Made by a program: the position numbers and the translations under genes. Source: Candidatus Pacebacteria bacterium CG_4_9_14_0_2_um_filter_40_15 (GTDB lineage: Bacteria; Patescibacteriota; Microgenomatia; UBA1400; PJMF01). Taken from it: 49,170 nucleotides of DNA. The notes beneath the pieces are model-generated. The model did no database searches and was not told the DNA's origin. It saw only the letters and a list, made by a program, of their open reading frames with translations. Below, one piece after another: positions 17,054-25,830 of this stretch. Position 1 is the first letter of the stretch; every line of letters begins with the position of its first letter. The stretch spans positions 1 to 49,170 of the forward strand of contig PFRS01000004.1 of assembly GCA_002788675.1 (NCBI GenBank). The letters run 5' to 3'.

Positions 17054-17082
17054 AAAGAGCTCACTGCGGTGGGCTCTTTTTT
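17054..17082 (+). terminator. Intrinsic terminator
   Basis: AAAGAGCTCAC-tgcg-GTGGGCTCTTTTTT. Confidence 0.8.
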
Positions 17083-17352
17083 GTATCTTATTGCTTGATA
17101 AAACCTATAGTATATTATATAATTCCCCCCATCATCGGTGAAAATCGATTGCTACTTAAAATGTGATGGTGTTTTTGTGAACCTCCTTCATGCTTTGCGC
17201 GTTGGTTGGAGACACATGGCACTATTTATCTGTAACTAAAACAAAACCTACAATTAAAGTTTCTTTGGGCACTTGGCTGGACATGCTGTGTGTGGCCATG
17301 TGCCCAGAGATTAGTCGCAAGGGCGGCTATTAATACTTGGGTGGAGGTTTTA

Positions 17353-18057
17353 ATGATTCAAAAAATAATTTCCGGTGGTGTAGCACTATTTATTATGGTG
17401 CTGAATGTATTTGGTTTGTGGTTTGTACCCACCACACAGACTGCCTTTGCGCAGGAGGGTGAGGCTCAGGATCTAACTGGGCCAGCTGATTATGAAGTCT
17501 TTTTAGACTGTGTAATCAACTACCTCATTGACAGAGGTTTATACTCTAACATAAGTTTATATGTCGATTCAGATGGAACCCTCGTGGTAAATACACAAGG
17601 TCATTTCACTGAAGAGCAGCTAGCTGGGCTTATAGCTGCGATTCATGCATGTGGCATGCATGCCATGGATATAGAAGTTGATGGGGTCTTGCTCACAACT
17701 GGAATTACGGTAGCTGCGAATGAATTAACATTCACATTGCAGCCTGAGTTTGACACACTTTTTCCGAGTGTGCCAGATGTTAATCCCAATCCATTTGGGG
17801 ATTTCAGGCAGGTCTTGATTAATTTCCTAGCATATGGCTCATTAACAGCCATTAGAATTTTTGATTTTAATGGACTCAGGGATTTGATTGGCCTGATAAA
17901 CACGGCTGTAACACTGGATGAAGCAGGGGCAGCTACGTCGTTGCAACCAATTCCAGTTGTGTCGACCATCCCCCTGCCTACTAAAATGATCATACTTTTT
18001 ATTATTGGGTTGATAGTTACAGTTGTCATCGTTCTTCGAATTCGAAAGAAGAAATGA
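17353..18057 (+). CDS. Secreted protein with C-terminal membrane anchor and basic tail
   Basis: GGAGG SD before ATG 17353; signal peptide ending AFA; ends IPLPT-hydrophobic helix-RIRKKK. Confidence 0.75.
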   Translation: MIQKIISGGVALFIMVLNVFGLWFVPTTQTAFAQEGEAQDLTGPADYEVFLDCVINYLIDRGLYSNISLYVDSDGTLVVNTQGHFTEEQLAGLIAAIHACGMHAMDIEVDGVLLTTGITVAANELTFTLQPEFDTLFPSVPDVNPNPFGDFRQVLINFLAYGSLTAIRIFDFNGLRDLIGLINTAVTLDEAGAATSLQPIPVVSTIPLPTKMIILFIIGLIVTVVIVLRIRKKK

Positions 18058-18069
18058 CAGTTTAAGTGT

Positions 18070-18103
18070 ATAAGGGTCTTCTTGCGAAGGCCCTTATTTT
18101 TTT
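18070..18103 (+). terminator. Intrinsic terminator
   Basis: ATAAGGGTCTTC-ttgc-GAAGGCCCTTAT-TTTTTT. Confidence 0.8.
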
Positions 18104-18115
18104 AATACGCTTTTA

Positions 18116-18286
18116 GGTGGAAGGATGGGATTTACGATTCGCTACTACTTATATCTACTTTGTGAAGCTCACATGCACTAAGCAGGAAGTTCGCAGGTGC
18201 TCACTTCTTGCTGGCGCGAACAAGGTTCAAATCTGCGTATACATACTTCAAATAAAAACACCCACTTTCGTGGGCATTTTTATTTG
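18116..18286. repeat. tRNA-3'-end-associated structured mini-element next to tRNA-Cys
   Basis: GGATGGGATT shared with the tRNA end; AGCAGGAAGT/ACTTCTTGCT hairpin; GGTTCAAATC T-loop mimic; long terminator hairpin 18246-18289. Confidence 0.55.
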
Positions 18287-18360
18287 AGGCACGGATGGGA
18301 TTCGAACCCACGAACGAAGGTTTTGCAGACCTTGCCATTAGACCACTCTGGTACCGCGCC
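18287..18360 (-). tRNA. tRNA-Cys(GCA), CCA not encoded
   Basis: GGCGCGG/CCGTGCC acceptor stem, U discriminator, AAGGT-CTGCAAA-ACCTT anticodon arm. Confidence 0.95.
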
Positions 18361-18501
18361 ATGTGGCAGATGTGATTATACAGGTAAATGTTCTTTTTTG
18401 AAAAAGAAAATGACAGAAGTCTTTTTTTAGTTGTAGCATATATGTACATAGTAAGCCGAGTGTGAGATACTCTAAAACTTAATGTAAATAGGTTTATACA
18501 G

Positions 18502-19854
18502 ATGAAAAGTAAAGAGAAAATATTTCAAGATTCTTCGAAAGAAAAGAAACAAAAGTTTTCAAAACTATACACCTTGCTTTTTTTACTCTCTTTTATCACA
18601 GTGGTCTTACAGATACCAAACAGCGCAACACACGAAGTACTGAGTCCCGCATTAGTGCAAGCCTTTTCTGAAATTGAAGATGATGTTTCCCAAGCCGAAG
18701 TTGATGAGTTTGAAGACTCTTTTCAAGCTTATGGAGATTTTATAGATACAAGCGAAGGTCAAGACTTTGCCGTACAGAGAGCAGAGTTAGCTGCAAATGG
18801 TGAACCAAATGATCCACTCTTTTTTCAGCAGTGGCATTGGTACAATTTTACAGAAGATGGCAGTTCTGGCACGAACTGGACACAGCTCTATCAAGAAATT
18901 GAATCTCTCAGTGAGGAAGAAAAAGCTGCTTTTAGTGAAGTCATTGTGGTAGTTATGGACTCTGGGCTTAACTATAGTCATGTAGATATCCCAGCCGATG
19001 CTGTTTTTATCAATACTGGTGAAATTCCAGATAATAAGATTGATGATGAGGGAAATGGTTATGTCGATGACGTACATGGCTGTGACATTCTAGATCTTTC
19101 AGGGAACTGTCAGGATATTAGTGATCCTTCGGGCCATGGGACTGGTGTGGCGGGGATACTACTTGCAGAGAGTGATAATAATGAGGGCATTGCCTCTGAC
19201 TTAGGTATCCCGATTAAAGTTATGGAAGTGCGCGTTATAAATGAATCAGGATTTGCTAATTATTCTGATGTTACTAAAGCTCTTAAGTACATTAATAACA
19301 TGGTTGATGCAGGATACCCAATTGTTGCGGTGAATATGAGTTTTGCAGGCTGGTACGAAGGAGAGCTGGCAGCAGATGCAGAGTTAACTGCACTCAGTGA
19401 AAAAGGTGTTGTTTTGGTATCGGGAACAGGAAACTCTGAAAATCAGTACCCGGGAAAAGTTGGCTGGCCAGCAAGAAGAGATGAGGTAATTGCAGTTGGT
19501 GGAAGTGGCCCCGATGGTTGCCACTATGTAGGAGCAAGCTATGGACCTGAAATAGATGTGAGTGCGCCGTATCCTTCTATCTATACACTGTACGACTCTG
19601 ACAGCTATGCGCGAATGAGTGGGACTTCTTTTTCTTCACCGCAAGTAACCTTTTTAGCTGCAATTTTGAAGTCGATGAATCCAGATTTATCACCGGCTGA
19701 AGTTTCTGAAATTATTACCAGTACTGCAAATCTAAGACCAGAATGCGATGCTGAACAAATTGGCAGTGGTGTTGTTGACTATATGGCTGCTTTCTTTTCT
19801 GTGAAATATCCAAATAAAACGTTTTTACCATTTATTTCCAATGGAGGTAGCTAA
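18502..19854 (+). CDS. S8 family (subtilisin-like) serine peptidase, exported
   Basis: Catalytic VMDSG, HGTGVAG, GTSFSSP; PNDP..QW; DNKIDDEGNGYVDD insert; N-terminal TM. Confidence 0.95.
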   Translation: MKSKEKIFQDSSKEKKQKFSKLYTLLFLLSFITVVLQIPNSATHEVLSPALVQAFSEIEDDVSQAEVDEFEDSFQAYGDFIDTSEGQDFAVQRAELAANGEPNDPLFFQQWHWYNFTEDGSSGTNWTQLYQEIESLSEEEKAAFSEVIVVVMDSGLNYSHVDIPADAVFINTGEIPDNKIDDEGNGYVDDVHGCDILDLSGNCQDISDPSGHGTGVAGILLAESDNNEGIASDLGIPIKVMEVRVINESGFANYSDVTKALKYINNMVDAGYPIVAVNMSFAGWYEGELAADAELTALSEKGVVLVSGTGNSENQYPGKVGWPARRDEVIAVGGSGPDGCHYVGASYGPEIDVSAPYPSIYTLYDSDSYARMSGTSFSSPQVTFLAAILKSMNPDLSPAEVSEIITSTANLRPECDAEQIGSGVVDYMAAFFSVKYPNKTFLPFISNGGS

Positions 19855-19961
19855 AGTTTTTCTGAGTTTGGACAGGATAGAATGTAACCTGGACACTAGA
19901 TATCTGAGATAAAAAATTAAGGGCGGTGTATTACACATTTTTTGCTATAATACCCAGATCA

Positions 19962-21119
19962 ATGACTAAAAAAAAATCTTTCTATATCCACACTTTTGGC
20001 TGTCAGTCTAACAAGTCTGATAGTGAGCGTATTGCCGGCGATTACAGTGCCCGTGGATATGTTGAAGCCAAAGATTGGAAGTCGTGCGACGACCTAATTG
20101 TTAATACTTGTGCGGTGCGGCAGCGTGCTGAACATCGAGCACGCTCTTTTCTGCATCAAGTAGTAGTTTACTTTAATGAACTTGGTAAACCTCGTCCAAA
20201 GATAATTTTAACTGGCTGCATGGTCCATCATGGCTATGATCAACTGTATAAAATGATGCCGATGGTCGATGAGATCCTACCAATTAATGAAGTTGGCTTT
20301 AATGCCGCGGCAATTCGTAAAGATAAAAAGCACGCTTGGGTGCCAATCTCTGTTGGCTGTAACTCATTTTGTACGTATTGTATTGTCCCCTACTCTCGTG
20401 GTCGCGAAAAATCTCGTTCTTTCGAAGACATCATGACTGAAGTAGCTAATCTTGTGGAAGCTGGGTACAGTGAAATTACCTTGCTGGGCATGAACGTTAA
20501 CTCTTGGGGACTTGAAAAGGTCGGTATTGGTGTGCGTAAGCTCATGATGAACGGAGAGTTTAATCGTGAAGATTTACCTTCAAATCAGTCGCAGTATCTT
20601 TCACCTAAAGGCACTCCCCCATTTGTAAAACTGTTGCAGGCAATTAGTGCCTATGACGAAATTACCAAAATTCGCTTCATGAGTAGTAATCCATGGGATT
20701 TCCATGACGAACTCATTACTGAAATTGGGACAAATAAAAAAATTGATCGTTTCGTACATCTTCCCGTGCAATCTGGAAGTGATAGCGTGTTGTATCGAAT
20801 GAATCGCGGGTATACTCGAGATCATTACATGGATATCGTGAGAAAATTACGCACTGCCGATCCTGAAATTGTGATTGGCACAGATATTGTTGTAGGCTTT
20901 CCTGGAGAAACAGATGAAGAATTTGCAGAAACGGTGGATCTTGCAACACAGGCAAACTGGAAAGTTGGCTTTATAGCCATGTACTCTCCTCGACCAGGTA
21001 CAGCCAGTTGGAAATTGTATGAAGATGATGTTCCGCATCCAGTAAAGAAAAAACGTTGGCAAATACTCGATCAAATAATTAACAAAGACAATTTAGACAA
21101 TAGACCAAAAGTAATCTAA
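19962..21119 (+). CDS. miaB: tRNA methylthiotransferase MiaB
   Basis: TFGCQSN..DSE, NTCAVR, TGC, CNSFCTYC radical-SAM motif, HLPVQSG, IVGFPGET; adjacent to miaA. Confidence 0.9.
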   Translation: MTKKKSFYIHTFGCQSNKSDSERIAGDYSARGYVEAKDWKSCDDLIVNTCAVRQRAEHRARSFLHQVVVYFNELGKPRPKIILTGCMVHHGYDQLYKMMPMVDEILPINEVGFNAAAIRKDKKHAWVPISVGCNSFCTYCIVPYSRGREKSRSFEDIMTEVANLVEAGYSEITLLGMNVNSWGLEKVGIGVRKLMMNGEFNREDLPSNQSQYLSPKGTPPFVKLLQAISAYDEITKIRFMSSNPWDFHDELITEIGTNKKIDRFVHLPVQSGSDSVLYRMNRGYTRDHYMDIVRKLRTADPEIVIGTDIVVGFPGETDEEFAETVDLATQANWKVGFIAMYSPRPGTASWKLYEDDVPHPVKKKRWQILDQIINKDNLDNRPKVI

Positions 21120-21122
21120 GTT

Positions 21123-22112
21123 GTGGTACACCAAAAGTTTATGCGACAGCCACTTATCAGCATTGTTGGCACTACAGCCACAGGAAAAACAGCAGTTGCA
21201 CTCGAACTTGCGCAAGCTGCTATAGCTGCAAAAAAATATGCACGGGTGCATCTTATTTCGGCAGATTCACGACAAGTGTATAGTGAGTTAGCCATTCTTT
21301 CTGGCGCAGATGTGCCAGATGATTTTACTGCAGCTTCAGATCCGAATTTTTCTTTTCCTTTTTTTCAAAACCAAGAAAAAACAATTATACTGCATGGGGT
21401 AAGTATGTTAGCTGCCACAGACGAATGGTCGGTTGCGCTTTTTAGGGAGTTTGCACTAAAGATTCTACGCACTGCACTTGGTGCTAATGAGTTAGTGATT
21501 ATTGTTGGTGGCACAGGTTTATATCATGCCCATTTAATGCAGCTAGATCCAGCACTTATGATTCCACCAGATCCGATCTGGCGAGCAGAAGCACTGACAC
21601 TTTCAATTGAATCACTTCATGAAGTTTTGAAGGCGCTTGATGCAAAAAAATTGGAAAATCTTAATCATTCTGATAAGAACAATCCCAGACGTTTGCAACG
21701 AGCCATAGAAGTGGCTCGAACTACACCAATTGCTTTGCCAGAGTGGCAGGTTACAACGATTGCTGGTTACACGCAACAGTATTTTGGACTCAGTATTTCT
21801 CGGGAGGCATTGGCCGAGAGAATTCAACTGCGTGTTCAGAAACGACTTGAGCAAAAGGTGCTTTCAGAAGTTACTGCATATTTTTTAACCTATGGTGAAC
21901 TTGATTTGCCAAGTGCTTCGACTCTAGGTTTGAAAGAGTTATGGGCATATCAGCAAGGTGAAATAAGTCGTGAAGTTGCACTTGAGAAATGGACCACTGC
22001 AGAAGTACAGTATGCACGCCGACAAGCTGTTTGGTGGAAGAAGCAGCCGGGGATGCACTGGCTGGATTCAACGCTGGCTGCAGCACAAATACTTGAGAGC
22101 ATTACCGAGTGA
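21123..22112 (+). CDS. miaA: tRNA dimethylallyltransferase
   Basis: GTTATGKT, SADSRQVY, VGGTGLY, RRLQRAIE, YARRQ. Confidence 0.93.
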   Translation: MVHQKFMRQPLISIVGTTATGKTAVALELAQAAIAAKKYARVHLISADSRQVYSELAILSGADVPDDFTAASDPNFSFPFFQNQEKTIILHGVSMLAATDEWSVALFREFALKILRTALGANELVIIVGGTGLYHAHLMQLDPALMIPPDPIWRAEALTLSIESLHEVLKALDAKKLENLNHSDKNNPRRLQRAIEVARTTPIALPEWQVTTIAGYTQQYFGLSISREALAERIQLRVQKRLEQKVLSEVTAYFLTYGELDLPSASTLGLKELWAYQQGEISREVALEKWTTAEVQYARRQAVWWKKQPGMHWLDSTLAAAQILESITE

Positions 22113-22143
22113 CTTCAAGAAAAACCTCCTGTATACTAAAACT

Positions 22144-23151
22144 ATGTTAGAGTATCTTAAAGAAAAGCATTCCGTATTTATTGATCCTATCTCTGTCATA
22201 TATATATTGTCCATTTTTGGATTTTTATATTTTCTATTCATGATTAAGCAGATAGTTATTTTGCTTATTCTTGCCTTTATTATCATGGTTGCATTAAATC
22301 CTGTGGTGGTAATTTTGCAGAAGAAATTAAAAGTTCCAAAACCAATTGCCATTGCTCTTTCATACGTGTTTTTAGTGATTGTTTGCGGCTCGTTTATTGG
22401 TCTCATCGTGCCGCCATTAGCATCGCAATTCATTGGTTTTGTGAGTCATCTTGATTTACCTGGATTAAATGACTATATAAAAGAAATTAATTTTTCTCTG
22501 CAAGAAGCTAGTCAGTTAGTGCAGCAGATGGGTCAATCAGTTGGAGTAGCATTTAATATAGTTACGTCAGCATTTAATGGCCTTTTTACCGTTGTTACTC
22601 TTTTTATGGTTTCTTTTTATCTTATGCTTGAGCGAGAAGACTTGCATAAAAAAATGAGCTGGTTTACTTCAGACAAGAAAATCATTGAACGCGTTGAAAT
22701 TTTTATTAATCAAGCTGAAGAACAGCTGGGAGGATGGGTCCGTGGTCAGCTGTTGTTAATGTTGACTATTGGGATTGTTACCTTTATCGGTTTGACTGTG
22801 CTTCGAATTCCCTATGCTCTCCCACTTGCCTTAGCAGCTGGATTACTCGAGATTTTACCTAATTTAGGTCCGACGTTAGCTGCAATTCCAGCCATTGCTA
22901 TTGCCTATATTTCGTTTGGCCCGGTGAGTGCTTTATTAGCGCTGATTTTTTACGTAATTGTGCAACAGCTCGAAAACAACTTACTTGTGCCTAAAATTAT
23001 GGCAGCAAATGCTCATGTAAATCCACTGGTGGCGATCGTTACCATTTTGATTGGTGTTGAAATTGGCGGTGTTGTTGGCGCTTTCCTTGCAATACCAATC
23101 TATATTGTGATTCGTTTAATCTATAGTACCTTTCTTTCACTCAAAAAATAA
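22144..23151 (+). CDS. AI-2E family transporter
   Basis: GWVRGQL, LEILPNLGP, QQLENNLLVPKIM, GAFLAIP; start moved to ATG 22144. Confidence 0.92.
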   Translation: MLEYLKEKHSVFIDPISVIYILSIFGFLYFLFMIKQIVILLILAFIIMVALNPVVVILQKKLKVPKPIAIALSYVFLVIVCGSFIGLIVPPLASQFIGFVSHLDLPGLNDYIKEINFSLQEASQLVQQMGQSVGVAFNIVTSAFNGLFTVVTLFMVSFYLMLEREDLHKKMSWFTSDKKIIERVEIFINQAEEQLGGWVRGQLLLMLTIGIVTFIGLTVLRIPYALPLALAAGLLEILPNLGPTLAAIPAIAIAYISFGPVSALLALIFYVIVQQLENNLLVPKIMAANAHVNPLVAIVTILIGVEIGGVVGAFLAIPIYIVIRLIYSTFLSLKK

Positions 23152-23222
23152 TTTTGTGTTTGTAAAAGTTGCGTGCCAGAGATTGCCTGGCTAGATTTCT
23201 GTGAAGAAGGTATAATACTCCT

Positions 23223-23575
23223 GCTGCAAAGATCAGATATTGGCTAGCGCGCAAGCGTTAGAGGAAAGTCCGGACAGCTGAACAGAGGGTGTTGTACGAA
23301 AGGTCTGCTCGCAAGAGCACACACCAAGTACAAGATTTCACGCAAGTGGAAGACAGTTAGAGCAACAGTGACGAATCGGGTGGCTCCGAGTGAAACGACC
23401 AAGCTTCTGGGTGTGCGCGTGCCATTGGTGCGCGAGCGGCAATCCTCCCTGCTGCAACTGGCGAAGTTCACCGTATTGCATCTGTTCGCGAGTCTCTTCA
23501 TTGAGGCCGGTGATAAGGTCCCAGGCATAGATAGATCAATATCAAATACAGAATCTGGCTTATGATCTTTGCAGC
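23223..23575 (+). ncRNA. rnpB: RNase P RNA
   Basis: GAGGAAAGTCCGG and ACAGAATCTGGCTTAT universal segments; P1 GCTGCAAAGATC/GATCTTTGCAGC; TATAAT just upstream. Confidence 0.95.
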
Positions 23576-23697
23576 GAACGTTTTTAAAATCATAGCTATG
23601 AATACCCCGAGTGTGACGAGCTTTGCAGCTTGCAAAAAGAGTCAACACCAGGTATCACTATACTAAGTGTAGATTTACTGCACGCTGAAAGGAACCT

Positions 23698-24381
23698 ATG
23701 TATCAGTCTCTTCTCACTTCATTCCAAGTGTTTGTCACTGAAGCAGTTGTCTCGGTAGCAGATTATTTGCCAGCTATTCTTGGCGCGATTGTATTATTGA
23801 TTGTGGGTTCAGTTATAGCCAATGCTATTAAAGGTTTGGTTATCAAACTATTTGAATCAATCAAACTTTCGAAGGCAGTAGAAAAAACTCCGATTGAACA
23901 TTTTCTGCAGAATGCAGATATAAAAATGAAGTTCGAGACCATTCTTGGTACCGCTGCCTACTGGTTAGTGATGCTCGTTGTGTTGCAATCGGTGGTTGCA
24001 ATCTTAGGTCTGAGTTCACTTTCATTGTTGCTTTCAACAGTCTTAGCTTACATTCCAAAAGTGATTGCTTCGATAGTGGTCCTTTTCTTTGGTGTGTTAC
24101 TTGCAGGGTTAGTTGAATCATTCGTAAAAGGTGCACTCAAAACTATCGATGCAAGTAGTTCACGTTTTTTTGGAAAAATCGCAAGTTATCTGGTTGTAAC
24201 AGTCGCTGTGTTAGCTTCAATTTCTGAGCTCGGTATTGCTAATGAATTTATTTTAATTCTCTTCATTGGATTTGTGACTGCTCTCTCATTGGCTGCTGGT
24301 TTAGCCTTCGGTCTTGGAGGACAAGATCTGGTTAGAGACTTACTTAAAGAATGGTATAAAAAAGCCAAAAAAGATAACTAA
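23698..24381 (+). CDS. TM-helix-repeat membrane protein (MscS TM / CmpX-like)
   Basis: YLPAILGAIVLLIVG and YIPKVIASIVVLFFG repeats; AFGLGGQD. Confidence 0.8.
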   Translation: MYQSLLTSFQVFVTEAVVSVADYLPAILGAIVLLIVGSVIANAIKGLVIKLFESIKLSKAVEKTPIEHFLQNADIKMKFETILGTAAYWLVMLVVLQSVVAILGLSSLSLLLSTVLAYIPKVIASIVVLFFGVLLAGLVESFVKGALKTIDASSSRFFGKIASYLVVTVAVLASISELGIANEFILILFIGFVTALSLAAGLAFGLGGQDLVRDLLKEWYKKAKKDN

Positions 24382-24392
24382 GGAATACGCAC

Positions 24393-25169
24393 ATGACCGT
24401 TTTACAGGCAGTCTTCCTGGGACTCGTCCAGGGTTTAACTGAGTTTTTACCCGTTTCAAGTTCAGGGCATTTGGCACTGAGCCAGTACTTTGTGGGACTG
24501 AGTGAAGGCACCCTTTCGTTTGACGTTTTTCTTCACTTCTCTACTTTATTAGCTGTGATTATTTTCTTTAGAAAAAGAATTCTTGCTTTGCGTCTGCCTG
24601 ATTTGTGGTTTCTCGGCATAGCCAGTATTCCTGCAGTGGTTGTAGGACTCGTATTTAAAGATTTGTTAGAAAGTGCATTTTCTTCGTTATACCTTATTTT
24701 GGCTACACTCTTTATTACTGGATTAATTAATTTACGCATTGCTCGACTCCTAAAAAAACAAGCTGAAACTGATGCTGAAGAGTTGACTACAAAAAAAGCA
24801 GCCGTGATTGGTATTTTTCAATCGTTTGCTTTGCTCCCTGGAATTTCTCGATCAGGTTCAACGGTACTTGGTGCTGTGTATTCCAAATTGTCACGAAAAA
24901 ATGCCTTTGAGTTTTCATTCATTATGAGCATTCCCGTTATTTTTGGGGGAAGCATGTTGCAGTTACTCGATGTCTATCAGGCAGGCGAGTTGCAGTCCAT
25001 TGATGTTTCAGTCTTTTTAATTGGCGGATTGGCTGCATTTATTGCTGGTGTTGTTAGTTTGAAAGTGTTTAGATACGTAATTGAGAAAGCACGCTTTGAA
25101 TGGTTTGGCTGGTACTGTATTAGTCTAGTTGTGTTTGTAGCTCTGTTTGATATTGTCCCTAGGCTGTAA
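24393..25169 (+). CDS. uppP: Undecaprenyl-diphosphate phosphatase
   Basis: QGLTEFLPVSSSGH and PGISRSGST. Confidence 0.97.
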   Translation: MTVLQAVFLGLVQGLTEFLPVSSSGHLALSQYFVGLSEGTLSFDVFLHFSTLLAVIIFFRKRILALRLPDLWFLGIASIPAVVVGLVFKDLLESAFSSLYLILATLFITGLINLRIARLLKKQAETDAEELTTKKAAVIGIFQSFALLPGISRSGSTVLGAVYSKLSRKNAFEFSFIMSIPVIFGGSMLQLLDVYQAGELQSIDVSVFLIGGLAAFIAGVVSLKVFRYVIEKARFEWFGWYCISLVVFVALFDIVPRL

Positions 25170-25188
25170 GGCTGTTAGAGAGAGTTTT

Positions 25189-25821
25189 TTATTCTTTGCC
25201 AAAGTGAGCAACGGTAATGCATTTATACCCAGGTTCTTTGATACTGGTGCAATCAATTGCAATGCCAATGTCGGTATATGACGCATCAAGCATTTGTTTG
25301 TTGTGCGTTTCACTTTTAACCCATGCCTGAAAAATTTCCCACTCACTACCAATATTAAAGGCCAGATTTTCACCTGCTTTACTATACTGATATCCTGCCA
25401 CTTGAATAAAATGCCAGGTTGATTGGTCGTTTTCATCGGCGTGGCGATAATAGTCATTGGCAATCATGTCGTTTAGTTTGAGTTGTGCTGAAGCGGTCAG
25501 CTTGGGGTTGGCTTTGAGTTTTGGCATGTTGAAGTTTTCTCGATGCGCATTTACTAGGAGGAAGAGTTTGTTGGGATCAAGCTGGGAGACTGATGTGCCG
25601 AGTACTTTGTTTGGTACCTGAGGTGAAGTAGCTGGAAGTTCTGTAGGCGTTGTTTTTTGAAGAACACTCTCATCTATATTCTCTTTTTCTGGCGGCAGCT
25701 GTGGCGTATGAAGCGTTGTTGTAGCGGCTGTATACACGAAGAAACCGGTCGCAAGCAGAACAACTGATGAGACTACTCCGACAAACAAAAGTAGTGGTTT
25801 TGACCAGGTAGGTATACGCAT
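25189..25821 (-). CDS. CAP (SCP) domain protein, membrane-anchored
   Basis: VNAHR, AGENLA, WVKSETH motifs. Confidence 0.9.
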   Translation of the reverse strand: MRIPTWSKPLLLFVGVVSSVVLLATGFFVYTAATTTLHTPQLPPEKENIDESVLQKTTPTELPATSPQVPNKVLGTSVSQLDPNKLFLLVNAHRENFNMPKLKANPKLTASAQLKLNDMIANDYYRHADENDQSTWHFIQVAGYQYSKAGENLAFNIGSEWEIFQAWVKSETHNKQMLDASYTDIGIAIDCTSIKEPGYKCITVAHFGKE

Positions 25822-25830
25822 CTCTTGGGC

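Noticed and set aside
18197-18449. Two short ORFs over tRNA-Cys
   Set aside because: Shadow frames of the tRNA and its flanking element.
18469-19867. Leader/trailer pairing around the subtilase (ACTCTAAAACTT vs AAGTTTTTCTGAGT)
   Set aside because: Needs gaps, is AT-rich and has no clear terminator after it; too weak to count with the other four cassettes.
21970-22143. N-terminal extension of the AI-2E ORF (likewise 34671-34745 for tpiA and 17290-17352)
   Set aside because: The AI-2E and tpiA extensions overlap upstream genes; in all three the downstream ATG has better promoter or SD context and a more plausible N-terminus.
23244-23648. ORFs at 23244-23648 and 23368-23565
   Set aside because: They overlap the RNase P RNA gene.
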